This document shows, in pieces, positions 21,909 to 32,896 of a DNA stretch of 64,000 nt. This DNA comes from a virus. The stretch covers positions 1 to 64,000 of IMG/VR virus record IMGVR_UViG_3300042520_003271. One strand, 5' to 3'. A model generated the notes under the pieces. That model was not told the origin of the DNA, searched no databases, and saw nothing but the letters and a program-made list of their open reading frames with translations. The translations under genes and the position numbers were made by a program. Positions within the stretch are counted from its first letter, which is position 1. Each line of letters begins with the position of its first letter.

Positions 21909-22470
21909 CCAAGAATTCGGGGAAACCTTCGTAAATGCCGCTTAAATCGCCGTCTGACCCAAAGTCAGAAAGGGCCATGCCACCATCTATATTACGATCT
22001 ACACCCAAAGGGCTTGATGGTGTGCCGCTACCAAGCAAGGTATCATCATGGATTACATTAGTAATAAAAATATTAGCTAAATTGGTAGTTACGATTTTAC
22101 TGATTCTACCCTTGGAATCGACAGTGATAATCGGTATGCTGGCAGTAGACCCATATGTCCCAGATAAAACACCAGTGGTCTTAAGCGACAGATCGATCGT
22201 TCCGGCAGCAGTAACTGGTGCGCCAGCTACGTCAAGATCTGCAGACGTCACATTTATACTAGTTACTGTTCCGCTACCACCACCGCCTCCACCACCTCCA
22301 CTACCGGCAAAATAATCCAAAAAATTCCACGGTGTTACGCCATCGCCGATCTTCAGCCGTACGGTATCTAATTCATAGCCAAATTCGCCGCTCGCTAAAG
22401 TTGGATTTTTAACTGACCAATTAGCTGAGACGTCTCTTCTGACTTGTATAGTAGTAAAATAATTAGCCAT
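21892..22470 (-). CDS. Short fibre-family protein: Mtd_N-like anchor plus tail-fibre shaft repeat
   Basis: IQVRRDVSANW...GEFGYELDT..KIGDG; GTVTSI and GTYGS..IPIITVDSKGRI motifs. Confidence 0.75.
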   Translation of the reverse strand: MANYFTTIQVRRDVSANWSVKNPTLASGEFGYELDTVRLKIGDGVTPWNFLDYFAGSGGGGGGGGSGTVTSINVTSADLDVAGAPVTAAGTIDLSLKTTGVLSGTYGSTASIPIITVDSKGRISKIVTTNLANIFITNVIHDDTLLGSGTPSSPLGVDRNIDGGMALSDFGSDGDLSGIYEGFPEFLDAGGP

Positions 22471-22479
22471 AATTGCCCT

Positions 22480-22938
22480 TTAAGCTGAGCCGCCATCCAA
22501 CAAACCTGGTGTGGTTGCTGATATGGTGATACTATTGCCAATGTTATCATAATTTATAATTATATTATTTCCAGCCTCAACGATGCCAGCCACAGAATTA
22601 GCTAAGCCGACCTGCGATAGAGCTAATGGCGACGAGGACAGACCATTTCCGACAAAATCATCGGTCGTATTAATAAATGATTTGAGCGGTGATAATATTG
22701 TACCGCTGCCAGTGATAGTATCAGAGACTGCGACTTCTGTGCCGCCGCCGGGGACAGATGTTACTTGTTTTAAATATGTAGACTTTCGATAACCATTATC
22801 ACCACCCGCATAATAAAGAGCACCCAAACCATCTGTTCCGATATTTTCTACATACAATAGGGAGCCAGACGGCAATTCACTGGGGTCTATACCTCCGGTG
22901 GGTACTTCTAATATTCGAATTATAGTGCTTATTTCCAT
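22480..22938 (-). CDS. Short fibre-family protein, second anchor type
   Basis: MEISTIIRI...PSGSLLY.E...LYYAGGDNG.R shared with the 546-aa and 1662-aa ORFs; ends LDGGSA. Confidence 0.65.
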   Translation of the reverse strand: MEISTIIRILEVPTGGIDPSELPSGSLLYVENIGTDGLGALYYAGGDNGYRKSTYLKQVTSVPGGGTEVAVSDTITGSGTILSPLKSFINTTDDFVGNGLSSSPLALSQVGLANSVAGIVEAGNNIIINYDNIGNSITISATTPGLLDGGSA

Positions 22939-22990
22939 ATTTAGTCATCCTTAGTCTACTTTAATTTTTGCACCGATTTATATACCATTC

Positions 22991-24631
22991 TTATGCATTA
23001 TACAAAGGTAATTTGTAAACCGTACCGTTTACTCGTAGTCTAAAATATGCTGCTGGAGTAGCTGGAAGTGAAGAAGCACTACCAGAAGAGGCAGCGGATT
23101 CAACACCAGAGCCATTAGGATTTCCGATAGGATATGCTGCACTGCCTATAGAGAACTCATAGTCAGCACCAGATGTGGCATCTACTCCCATGACGAAAGC
23201 ATATTTATGGGTCGAGCTAGCGCCAGTCCCGATTACAGTCGAGTACAATCCGAATCTCGAGTCTGAATTCGCACCTATGGCAATACTGCTAGTGTTTGAT
23301 GTGGCCCCTGCACCTATGGCTATGCCGCCGTCGACAGCTGACGTTGGGTCATCGGCGACCGCCGCAGCATGTCCTATAGCTATGCTGTTGGTATTCGAAT
23401 AACTGCCGTAGCCTATGCTGGTGCATAATAGTGCGTTAGCTTTCGCGCCAGCACCTATAGCGATAGATTTCTCTCCGACTGTGCATGATGCACCAACGCC
23501 AACCCCGTCCGTGCTTAGATGGCTTATGCTCGAGGCGCTATCGCCTACGATTACATTACCACTGTTGCCAGCCTTGGCCTCGTTTCCTATGATAATATTA
23601 CGCACCGACACATTATAAGTATTATCGTTTTGTACATTAGTGCCAATCGCGACAGTATAAGTAATAGTATGGGCTGTATCCATCGCATTATAACCAACGA
23701 TCACATTATCATTAGGCTGAGAGACAAATTTTGCTGCATTTACACCAATAACAACATTTCTGAGTGTGTTAGCTGTACTTGAATATAGTGAATAATTCCC
23801 GATCGATACATTGTCAAAGGCCGTTACTGAGGTTTTAAGACTGGTTAAGGCATTAGTACCGATACTTATGTTCCGTTGGTTCGCCGAACCAGTATAGGCG
23901 GTGGTAGGGCCAATGACGATATTTCCATTCTCCAATAACTTCGAACTACTATCTAAAACCATCTGAGATTTAAGACTTGTTCCAAGAGGATCAGTGCTAG
24001 ATCCAGACCCAACCAAGGTGAAGTCGTGACTTATGTCTCCTGCCGCGCCAGTAACTGGCACATTTATAGCGCTAGTTATGCGTCCGTAACTATCGACAGA
24101 TATAACAGGTATTTTAGATCCAGATCCGTAAGACCCAGCCAAAACGCCAGTTGCTGGTAAATTAATCTTTATTGTGCCGTCTGTTGTAACTGGCGACCCA
24201 ACTATTTCAAGGGTCGTGGACTCTACAGTGATCGATTTTACAGTACCGCCGATATTAATCGGGACTAATTGTACATTTGTTAGTCGGCCATATTTATCAA
24301 CGCTTACGACAGGGACTTGCCCGCCAGATCCATATGTTCCTGGCGCTACACCAGTATTCTGTAAATCGATAGTAACTGTGCCTGATTTAGTAACTGGTGC
24401 TCCAGACACTGCCAAAGATACAGACTTTACGTCTATTGATGTAACTGTGCCGCCAAACGAAGAATTATTGACCAGTTGGATATAAGTCGCTCTTGAATCG
24501 CCATTATCACCGCCGGCATAATATAAGGAATTATCGGGCTCAGAATAAACTAATGCGCCAGATGGGAATAAATTTGGTCTTAGACCTACTGGCGGTACCA
24601 CTTTTAATCTGATAATTGTGCTTAATTCCAT
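22991..24631 (-). CDS. Tail-fibre-like protein with shaft repeats and YadA-head-like (xIAIG) repeats
   Basis: Two G(T/S)YGS..PVxSVDxYGR repeats; many NxxIG/SIAIG repeats; C-term SASSLPATPAAY...NGTVYKLPLYN. Confidence 0.75.
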   Translation of the reverse strand: MELSTIIRLKVVPPVGLRPNLFPSGALVYSEPDNSLYYAGGDNGDSRATYIQLVNNSSFGGTVTSIDVKSVSLAVSGAPVTKSGTVTIDLQNTGVAPGTYGSGGQVPVVSVDKYGRLTNVQLVPINIGGTVKSITVESTTLEIVGSPVTTDGTIKINLPATGVLAGSYGSGSKIPVISVDSYGRITSAINVPVTGAAGDISHDFTLVGSGSSTDPLGTSLKSQMVLDSSSKLLENGNIVIGPTTAYTGSANQRNISIGTNALTSLKTSVTAFDNVSIGNYSLYSSTANTLRNVVIGVNAAKFVSQPNDNVIVGYNAMDTAHTITYTVAIGTNVQNDNTYNVSVRNIIIGNEAKAGNSGNVIVGDSASSISHLSTDGVGVGASCTVGEKSIAIGAGAKANALLCTSIGYGSYSNTNSIAIGHAAAVADDPTSAVDGGIAIGAGATSNTSSIAIGANSDSRFGLYSTVIGTGASSTHKYAFVMGVDATSGADYEFSIGSAAYPIGNPNGSGVESAASSGSASSLPATPAAYFRLRVNGTVYKLPLYNA

Positions 24632-24638
24632 ATTTCAC

Positions 24639-27296
24639 CTAAATGTTGTAAAGTGGCAATTTATATTTTGTCCCGTTTATAGCAGTAGAAAGGTAAGCTG
24701 CAGGAGTACTGGGCAAACTCGATGCAGAGCCTGAATTAGCAAAATTTTCAGTACCTGTTCCGTCAGAATTCCCGAGAAGCTTACCGCCAGCGCCGCCAAT
24801 AGAGAATAAGTTAGGGATCACTAAACCATCGGCTGCTAAGCATATTCTGTTAAACATTGCGCCAGCGCCAGCTAAAGTAGGCATGATCACAAGTGCGCCT
24901 GGTGTGAATCCGGTGCAAAGCGTGTTTGAACTTCCGAGTACGGTTAATGATGTGAATCGTGCTGGCTCCAAAGCCTGCGCCTTTCCTGTAAAGGTATTTG
25001 TGGGGCTTGTGCCTGCAAAGAAAGCACCGTCATCGCCTCTTCCTATAGCGTAGACTGTGCCGTTATTCATTTTAAAATAAACATCGTATTCATTTATGAC
25101 TAAGCATTGGGTCGGTAATACAAAGTAAGGTGGTGTTGCTGTCGGCGTGATGATATCTAGTTTTGTATAAGATAATGAATTAAAGTATGGAAATATCTTG
25201 CCAGTCATAAAAGCATTTCCGACGGCTGTAACCACCACTGCACATTCATAGCCACAGGATATCGACACTATGCTAGATGTATCATATTCTGGAGTGCCTC
25301 CAAGGATCACTTTAATAAATAGAGGTACTATCTGTGGGGTGTTGTAATTTGTAGTATTCCCCAAGCCGAGCTGCCCGACATCATTTTTTCCAAATGCTAT
25401 TAAACGATTATCGCTTCTAACAGCCATTATAAAGGACTTTCCGCATTTGACCTTTGTATAAGTAGACGATCCGACAAGGGCGAAAGTGTTAGTAGAGCCA
25501 CCTGTTGTGCCATTACCTAATTGACCAAATGTATTATCGCCCATCGTGTAAAGACTATTGCCTTTGATTCCAGCCCAAGTCGTCTTCCCAGTAGCGTAAT
25601 CGCGCGCCGCTGAGATTGCTGTCCAAGCCCCAGTAGCGTTGGAGTCTATTAGAACTAAAGTATTACTTTTTGTCGCTGGATTAATCTGTCCACAACCATA
25701 CAATGACCCGTCTGTTAGAATTACATAAGTTCCATTGGCATATGCACACACCTCTCTTATTCTTACACCTAAATCCCAGCCAGGATAAGTCCATGGTATA
25801 AGCGTATATGTATACCTTGGTGTAGTATCGCCAAGCCCCAATTGACCAGCCTCATTATCACCGCAAACATATATCCTGTCTAATTCGACAGGGCTAGCAT
25901 TGCTAGCTGGCTTTACCAATGCTACATTATGAGTCTGGCCGCCAGCCAACATGGAAACGTTATCTCCCACACTATAATCAGCGACAGGAATTATCGAAGC
26001 AGATACACCAAACGGATAGACTTTAAGCGGTGATTCTGGTGGTCCGACGCCGAACTTACCGCTACCATATCCACCAGAAAAGGCAGCTCCCAGCGACCCA
26101 ACGCCAGGCAAATTATTATTGTTAGGTGTCAAAAAAGAACCAGATTTATATCCTATCGAAACGCCATTAGATGAGCCTGTAGAATAAACGCCTATAGCTA
26201 TGCATCCGGCCGGTTTGCCTGTGGTGACTATGAAAGGTTTAATTATCCCAGCGCCACTTCCTAATATAACATGGTTAGTTCCATCTACTCGGTCTCTATA
26301 GAAGCTAGTAGGTGTAGCATCATTGCCAATATAAACAGACGATTCAAGTCCGTTCATTTGTAGTGAGCTATATGGCATAGTGTTAGACTGAAGGATAACT
26401 GTAGATGTTTTAAATATAAAATTAACAGGATAAGTGATTAAGGTAGTTATCGGATTTCCGATTAGTATTGATTGCACCATTCTTATGCTAATGTTTGATA
26501 TCTTATTCCTAGGATGACCGCTCCATGTCTGGCCGATTATAATACCAGAGTAATCTGGTGTACCACCAAGGTTCGGATATCCTCCGATGCAAATTGAGTC
26601 ACTTTGTGCGCTACCGCCTGGTGTGTTTAGATCTTGAATATTACTTATAACGATCGATTTGGTGCCTGAATTGTTATAGATGCCGCTACCGAGCATAATA
26701 TTATTAGAATTACTTGGAAGATTATTCCCACCAACCGGAACGCTATAGCCAATGCTTATCGAATTATCATTTATAGATTTAGATACTGCATAACTACCTA
26801 AAGCGACACACTGCCTAGAATAAGCATCTTCCATCGCTCTTTGACCGACAGCGACATTGTTTTCGTTTATAGCATTGTTACTATTGCTCTTAACGCCGAT
26901 GCTCATCGACCCAGATGCTTTGTCGTACATCCAACTGCTGGATGAATATAATGATTTTCCGTAGTTTCCGATAAAACCAGAAATATTTTCTTCTTCGTCT
27001 TGATCAGGATTATAATTTTCAAGACTTGTGTATAAAGGGCTCGATAGATTATTCTGACCTTTTATGGTAAAGTCTGTTATGACTGGAGGTATTACAATTC
27101 CTGTCGTAGCTCCAGCAAAAGTCACAAAGCCCTTGGTATTTATTCTTAAAGTCGGCACTGTGCCGATCGATCCAAAGGTGCCAGAATTAACACCAGAGCA
27201 TTTGAGGTCGAGTTGGTAATATGGATTGTCAGGGTCCTTTTGCGGTGGCGACACAAAGTTGATAGTTTTTAGATTGTATACAATATTATTGTTCAT
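24639..27296 (-). CDS. Tail-fibre-like protein with YadA-head-like repeats and an RCC1 propeller
   Basis: GTFGS..VPTLRINTKG shaft repeat, xIxIG repeats, GDNxxGQLG repeats; C-term SASSLPSTPAAY...NGTKYKLPLYN shared with the 546-aa ORF. Confidence 0.75.
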   Translation of the reverse strand: MNNNIVYNLKTINFVSPPQKDPDNPYYQLDLKCSGVNSGTFGSIGTVPTLRINTKGFVTFAGATTGIVIPPVITDFTIKGQNNLSSPLYTSLENYNPDQDEEENISGFIGNYGKSLYSSSSWMYDKASGSMSIGVKSNSNNAINENNVAVGQRAMEDAYSRQCVALGSYAVSKSINDNSISIGYSVPVGGNNLPSNSNNIMLGSGIYNNSGTKSIVISNIQDLNTPGGSAQSDSICIGGYPNLGGTPDYSGIIIGQTWSGHPRNKISNISIRMVQSILIGNPITTLITYPVNFIFKTSTVILQSNTMPYSSLQMNGLESSVYIGNDATPTSFYRDRVDGTNHVILGSGAGIIKPFIVTTGKPAGCIAIGVYSTGSSNGVSIGYKSGSFLTPNNNNLPGVGSLGAAFSGGYGSGKFGVGPPESPLKVYPFGVSASIIPVADYSVGDNVSMLAGGQTHNVALVKPASNASPVELDRIYVCGDNEAGQLGLGDTTPRYTYTLIPWTYPGWDLGVRIREVCAYANGTYVILTDGSLYGCGQINPATKSNTLVLIDSNATGAWTAISAARDYATGKTTWAGIKGNSLYTMGDNTFGQLGNGTTGGSTNTFALVGSSTYTKVKCGKSFIMAVRSDNRLIAFGKNDVGQLGLGNTTNYNTPQIVPLFIKVILGGTPEYDTSSIVSISCGYECAVVVTAVGNAFMTGKIFPYFNSLSYTKLDIITPTATPPYFVLPTQCLVINEYDVYFKMNNGTVYAIGRGDDGAFFAGTSPTNTFTGKAQALEPARFTSLTVLGSSNTLCTGFTPGALVIMPTLAGAGAMFNRICLAADGLVIPNLFSIGGAGGKLLGNSDGTGTENFANSGSASSLPSTPAAYLSTAINGTKYKLPLYNI

Positions 27297-27304
27297 TTTT
27301 TGCT

Positions 27305-30300
27305 CTATAAGACCGTTATACCTGTAGCATCTGTAGCCTGTGTGTCAAGTGCTATTTTTCCTATCACGTATCTCGTCATACCATTGGGCGTACCATTATT
27401 ATCTCTTAGTATCTCGATGTAACTTAGTTCGAACGCGCTGACTGTTTGCGTTGCAGTAGTATAGGTGATTGGCCCCATGATAGTATAAATCGCATCATTA
27501 TTTCTGCCATTGAATGCTAAGCTACTACCGGCCCAACACATCCTTATCGTGCTTATACCTTGGCGCCCGACACCAGGGTCAGGTAATGGTATTACCCCTA
27601 ACGAAATCGGTATAATGTCTGCAAAAGGCCCAGCTGAATTATCGGTCTTAATATAATAAACGTACAATATGTTGCTAGGTAGCGGAGGGTAGCCAACCCA
27701 AGCACCACCGATGGCAAACATTTGGCCGCTCGGACTAACTGTAATGTTATCGAAAGGCAAGTTAGCAAAATCAGCACCAATTTTTGTGATGCCGCCGCCA
27801 GCTGGTTTGGTCATAAAATAAAAAGGAAGCGTTCTTATCGTAGGATAATCAACAACGGCTCTATATGAATTCTGGCCGACCATGCAATAGGGGCCAACCA
27901 TATTATAATCGCTTGACGTATCGCCTAGCGATGTCCATGCGCCCGTTGTCGTATTAATAGTACCTACTTGTCGCTTAATATTATTAATGTCTGGGAATGA
28001 AATAGCATACAGAGTACCATTATAAGCTGATATCTGTCCGAATCTATTATAAGGCAGATTAACGTTAGATATGCTTAAAGTGGCTGCCGTTTGTTCATTT
28101 ATTCTTCTCAATTGTGATTGACCTGACACAAAAGTAGTGCCGATCACTAAATTCGTTCCAACTGGTAATCTTGGATATACTAATGGTGTAGGTGTTACTG
28201 GTGTTGGCGTTGGTGGGCAATATATTCTATCATATACTAAAATATCGCCTGTTGCTCCGGCGCCGCTGAGCACATAGAGCGTTGTATTAGCAGAGTTAAT
28301 ACTGATCTCATTTCCGTATACCACACTTAATAGTGTTTGCCCAGTCCAAGCAATGTTACCAGTAGATGGATATATGATGTATTCATAGAGCCTATTAAAT
28401 TGAAAATCAGCAATATACAAAGAATTATCGACTGTTGCGAGTATACCATTGGTGCGCGTCCCAGCAAGCCCGACGGACGTGCTTGGTGTCGACGCATAAT
28501 TAATATCACCGCTAGAGGTATCTCTTGTAAAGGCCGATATTAAGCTATTACCTATGCCAGAAACGAAGATATATTTTTCAGAACAGGCAAATGTAGCTTG
28601 GCGAGGGTTTAAACTTGCAACATTTAACTCTCGAATTAAAGTCAGAGCTCCATTGCTAGCAGTCCTGCTGAATGCTTTAATCTTAGCAGCGGTAGCTGAT
28701 ACATGATATAAAAATTTTCCATCGCTAGAACCGAGCATGTAACAGACTTCTCCGACAATAGGAGTCGATAAAATAACGCTTGTCTTATCTGGTATACCGG
28801 TGCTTCCTGAAATCTTCACAATCCTTATAGCATTAGCCATAGATACGTAAAGATATGCATCGTCTGGTGAAACGTATATTCTCGCACCATTAAAAGCGTT
28901 GTTAAATCTAGTGTCTGTATCAAGCAATAATAGTAAAGCTGTACTGCCAGAATCTCTTTTGAATGTGATTAAACCGCTCTGTGTTATTATATAAATGAAG
29001 TTTTGAGAAGAAGTCATTGCTATATCATGAGGGTTTAAGGCAGCTAGGTATGAAGCATCGAAGCTTAATGAACCATCTGAATTTATAACAAACACAGATA
29101 TAGAGTTAGATCCAATGTCAGCTGTGCACAGGATCTTGGTACCATATTTTTCTGATATAATCATAGCTATATGGCTACCGCCAGCAGAAGCTGTTTGTCT
29201 TAGCGTTAATTTACCACATTGGACGATAGGTGTCGGCGTTGGCGTTGGCGTTGGCGTTGGCGTTGGCGTCGGTGTTGGAACTGGCACGCAGGTAATTTTG
29301 GCATACCTTATATCGCTTGTATCAGTAATAAGGTAATTGCCGTTGACATTATCCCAGCTGGCCGGATCACCTTTAAATGACGGTATATTAATTGTGATGG
29401 TGTCACCGGCTGTAAACTTTTTCAAGCTTACGACAGGGAGGTTACTGTCTAACGTTGGCTGGCCGTTATTTAAAAAAGCGATGGAAAAAACACCAGAGCC
29501 AAGGTTATTTAAAGTTATCGAATATAGCGTTGTGCCGCTTGCAGCATAGCCATTGAATCCAGCACCATTGCTTGAAAGAATAGTATCACCAGTATATAGC
29601 GGAATTGTTATTTTTCCGATCGTAGAACTCCAACCAGAAAAGCAATCTGATCTGCGTGACGCTACGCTACAAAATATGTAAGGGTCATTGAACCCAAATG
29701 CCTCGACCGCCCCCGCGATATTTGGTATTTTAGTAAAATTATAAACGCTTTTATTCATATAATCAGCTAGGCCAGGAGGAAGAAACCCAGAAGCATATGC
29801 TGTCCCATCATTTTTTATAACTATGCTAAAGTCATCGCCAGCATGGACGGTTTTCCAATCTCTGTCAGTGCTTAATTGTATAAATTTATTAGAATCTAAC
29901 CTTGAGTTGTTTCCGAGCTGGCCACTATTATTTCGGCCAGTACCGACCAAAAGACCGCCAGGAAGGATAGCTAAGGTATGGTTTCTGCCAGCTGATACTA
30001 CTAAAGAATTATCAAGAGCCTTTATATAAAAATTACTTACTGGTGTAATAGTGTTGCCTGTACCGCACTGACCGGAACTGTTGTCGCCGTATGCCGTCCA
30101 AGTCGTACCCCCAGCAATTGGATCCTTAGTCACTTTGAAGTAAGAGTCGTAGCCACTATATGCATATTTTGGGATCTCATCGATCGTATAAAGCGTTGAA
30201 GCCTCTTCCTCCATGGTCATACTAGTCGGCGCGGTTCCTGGTCTGACGTCGATATTATAAATCGCTTGATAAACCGCACGATCAGAAGTGAAAGCCCTGA

Positions 30301-32293
30301 GTATTGGATACGGTTCAGTCGAGTTAGTACCTTGAAATTTAGTACATCTTACATCTATAAAGTTAGTAGGCGACGGATTTACTTCAATCAATCCTAGGCT
30401 GGTTTGTTTTTTAAAACTTGTAATCCTTTTTAGACCTGTGCCTTTTGAAGTATAAATATCACCTACCCATAGTGTACCATCAGTTTTAACGGCAGCTATA
30501 ATACCATGGCCTGTCGCGACTTTTTTCCAAGCATATGTGTCAAATGGCTGTTTATATTTCGTAACCTTTTTGACATCATCGAGAGTAGCTCGGAATAAAG
30601 GAGCTAAGCCAGCACATTCAGGATTAGCGCCAGTAGTATAAATATTATTACCACTAAGATCTATCATACATGTAACGCCAGAGAGAAACGGGCCACCATA
30701 GAATGGATAGCCATCACCTGATGACCAATATTCGACATCAGATGCTTGCTCGACATAACCGCCACGATATGCTCTAATTAAATAGCGTTTAGGATCAGTT
30801 AGCGTCGGTGTAGGCGTATTTGGCGAGCAGTTCTGCCTAGAAAACATCGTGATCGAATCTTTATATTCATTAGGCACATAAATATTTAAGCCATCATAGC
30901 TTATACATAGATTAAAACCGCCTCTGGTGGCGATTAAACCGACAGCTGATAACGAGCCAGTGGTTATGTTGCGCTTGAAAATGCTTATGCTATTGCTTAT
31001 ACTTATCACATAGGCGCTAGTCCCATCGGCGCTAATTACGATACCGCAAGGCTCATTAGATGCTATAGTATCTCTTTTTGTTAGAAGGCCAGTTGTGGTG
31101 CTGCGATCATAGCATATTATAGTATTGTTATCGATCGCAGCGGCGGTGCCGCGGAAAGTGACGTAAACGTTTTTACCATTTGGGCTTATGGCGATGCCAT
31201 TTCCTATACCAGTTGAAATGGTACTAGCTAGAGTGAGTAAACCAGATGAAATATTGCGTCCAAATATCGACAGCGTGCGCGATGAGCCACCGACGCTAAG
31301 AACATATGCATTCTTGTCGTCGGGACTTATGGCTATATAATATGGTTCGTTCCCTGCTGCTATAGCGCCAATTGATGCTAATAAGCCAGTAGCATTGTCT
31401 CTACTATACATATAAACAGTATCATCTACTTGGTTTGTAACATAGACATTTTTACCGTCTGTAGATGAACTTATAGCTGTCGGCTGCAGCCCAGTCACTA
31501 CTGTTCCTAGTGATGTCAATGATCCAGTTGCCGTATCGCGCCTAAACATTTGAACTATGCATGAAGTATCACTTATTGTGCTGGCAATATATATGTTTCT
31601 ACTGTCAGAGGTAATGCAAATAGCAGACGGATATCCTGTAACGATAATAGTGTCCAATACAGCCAATAAGCCGGTACCTGGTTTACGCTCATAAATTGTG
31701 ATGATACCAGTGTTCGTGACATATATGAACTTATCGTCAGGGCTAATGCAAATACCGTGCGGAAAAGCACCGGTCAATATAAAACCTAAATCTGTAAGTT
31801 CATCGCATTGAACCGGCGGAGGTGTTGCTGGCGGCGGGCAAGTCGGTAATTGTGTCGGGACACCGTATATTTCTAAGTCATCAGAGTCCATTTCCATCAG
31901 CGTTACTGTGCCGCCGGCTGTAGTATTCTGTACTTCACTGATTCTTGTAACAAATCCAAGTGAATTTGCTGTGATGATTGGGATTGTGGTTGATGAACCG
32001 TACTGTCCGACTACAGCTTTATTTTCGATAAGATCTATCTTGATCGTGCCGGTTCTTGTTATTGGTCCGCCGCTTAATACGAGTGTGTTCGTGTCAAAGT
32101 TAAAACCATTTACACTTCCAGCGCCAATGTTTATTTTACTGATGTAAGTGGCTCTGTTGTAGCCATTATTGCCGCCAGCGTAGAAGAGAAAAGCGTCATC
32201 TTCAAAGAAAAAGATAGTTCCAGAATAAAACTTATTTGGAGCTAGATTTGTCGGTACTGGGCCTTGCAGCCTTAATATAGTTCCAATATCCAT
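27305..32293 (-). CDS. 1662-aa modular fibre/adhesin (second anchor type, two lactonase-like propellers, divergent RCC1, C-terminal propeller-like region)
   Basis: MDIGTILRL...FYAGGNNG.NRATYI; ISPDDKxxYV...TGxL repeats; GRNNSGQLG; PT tracts. Confidence 0.8.
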   Translation of the reverse strand: MDIGTILRLQGPVPTNLAPNKFYSGTIFFFEDDAFLFYAGGNNGYNRATYISKINIGAGSVNGFNFDTNTLVLSGGPITRTGTIKIDLIENKAVVGQYGSSTTIPIITANSLGFVTRISEVQNTTAGGTVTLMEMDSDDLEIYGVPTQLPTCPPPATPPPVQCDELTDLGFILTGAFPHGICISPDDKFIYVTNTGIITIYERKPGTGLLAVLDTIIVTGYPSAICITSDSRNIYIASTISDTSCIVQMFRRDTATGSLTSLGTVVTGLQPTAISSSTDGKNVYVTNQVDDTVYMYSRDNATGLLASIGAIAAGNEPYYIAISPDDKNAYVLSVGGSSRTLSIFGRNISSGLLTLASTISTGIGNGIAISPNGKNVYVTFRGTAAAIDNNTIICYDRSTTTGLLTKRDTIASNEPCGIVISADGTSAYVISISNSISIFKRNITTGSLSAVGLIATRGGFNLCISYDGLNIYVPNEYKDSITMFSRQNCSPNTPTPTLTDPKRYLIRAYRGGYVEQASDVEYWSSGDGYPFYGGPFLSGVTCMIDLSGNNIYTTGANPECAGLAPLFRATLDDVKKVTKYKQPFDTYAWKKVATGHGIIAAVKTDGTLWVGDIYTSKGTGLKRITSFKKQTSLGLIEVNPSPTNFIDVRCTKFQGTNSTEPYPILRAFTSDRAVYQAIYNIDVRPGTAPTSMTMEEEASTLYTIDEIPKYAYSGYDSYFKVTKDPIAGGTTWTAYGDNSSGQCGTGNTITPVSNFYIKALDNSLVVSAGRNHTLAILPGGLLVGTGRNNSGQLGNNSRLDSNKFIQLSTDRDWKTVHAGDDFSIVIKNDGTAYASGFLPPGLADYMNKSVYNFTKIPNIAGAVEAFGFNDPYIFCSVASRRSDCFSGWSSTIGKITIPLYTGDTILSSNGAGFNGYAASGTTLYSITLNNLGSGVFSIAFLNNGQPTLDSNLPVVSLKKFTAGDTITINIPSFKGDPASWDNVNGNYLITDTSDIRYAKITCVPVPTPTPTPTPTPTPTPTPIVQCGKLTLRQTASAGGSHIAMIISEKYGTKILCTADIGSNSISVFVINSDGSLSFDASYLAALNPHDIAMTSSQNFIYIITQSGLITFKRDSGSTALLLLLDTDTRFNNAFNGARIYVSPDDAYLYVSMANAIRIVKISGSTGIPDKTSVILSTPIVGEVCYMLGSSDGKFLYHVSATAAKIKAFSRTASNGALTLIRELNVASLNPRQATFACSEKYIFVSGIGNSLISAFTRDTSSGDINYASTPSTSVGLAGTRTNGILATVDNSLYIADFQFNRLYEYIIYPSTGNIAWTGQTLLSVVYGNEISINSANTTLYVLSGAGATGDILVYDRIYCPPTPTPVTPTPLVYPRLPVGTNLVIGTTFVSGQSQLRRINEQTAATLSISNVNLPYNRFGQISAYNGTLYAISFPDINNIKRQVGTINTTTGAWTSLGDTSSDYNMVGPYCMVGQNSYRAVVDYPTIRTLPFYFMTKPAGGGITKIGADFANLPFDNITVSPSGQMFAIGGAWVGYPPLPSNILYVYYIKTDNSAGPFADIIPISLGVIPLPDPGVGRQGISTIRMCWAGSSLAFNGRNNDAIYTIMGPITYTTATQTVSAFELSYIEILRDNNGTPNGMTRYVIGKIALDTQATDATGITVL
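29235..29264. repeat. Hexamer tandem repeat (GGCGTT)x5 in a PT linker
   Basis: Read directly from the sequence. Confidence 0.85.
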
Positions 32294-32896
32294 TTAAGTT
32301 CCTAATATAGAATCCAGTATATTTGTACTATTCGGAGCCATCATCTTCATTTCTTTGTCCATGCCTGCGAGTTTACAAAAATCGACTTGCTTGCGTGCCC
32401 ATGGTGGAATTGGAGGCAGAATACCACCATAGCCCATAGCCGATGGCCCTTCCGATGGATTAACATAAGGATCGCCGCCGCCACCACTTGGACCAGGTTT
32501 AATCTCTGGATTGCAAAATTCGCGCTCTAGAACATCGCAGTCTTTTTCGACTACAATCGGATCAGTAATTTCACTAGCTATGCATCTCAACATGTTATAC
32601 CAATCAGGTCTATCTTCGCAAGGGCAACCAGCCATATAAGGGGGGAACACAAGCCAAGTTTGGTTGTACCCTAAATTAAAGTTCCAACCGAACTTTATAT
32701 AGCTACCTGGGATTTTGTCTAATATTAATTTAATTGGTACTTTTGGATGTTCACAACCATTAAGCGCTAATGAATAAGATAAAGCAGCGCTTGATATAGC
32801 AGAAGTCGGTTCGCATCCTGGAATGATAATGCTGTGGTCAGGAAGCACTTGCAATTGAAAGCATATTTCGATTGGTTCTTGGTCTACCATAGCCAC
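32294..32896 (-). CDS. Cys/Pro-rich hypothetical protein
   Basis: 200-aa ORF packed between the neck gene and the first fibre gene. Confidence 0.6.
   Translation of the reverse strand: MAMVDQEPIEICFQLQVLPDHSIIIPGCEPTSAISSAALSYSLALNGCEHPKVPIKLILDKIPGSYIKFGWNFNLGYNQTWLVFPPYMAGCPCEDRPDWYNMLRCIASEITDPIVVEKDCDVLEREFCNPEIKPGPSGGGGDPYVNPSEGPSAMGYGGILPPIPPWARKQVDFCKLAGMDKEMKMMAPNSTNILDSILGT

Noticed and set aside
19494-27307. Stop-codon reassignment or readthrough fusing fibre genes
   Set aside because: The TAG stops at 24639 and 27305 and the TGA at 19494 are followed by out-of-frame starts, and gene density is already high under the standard code.
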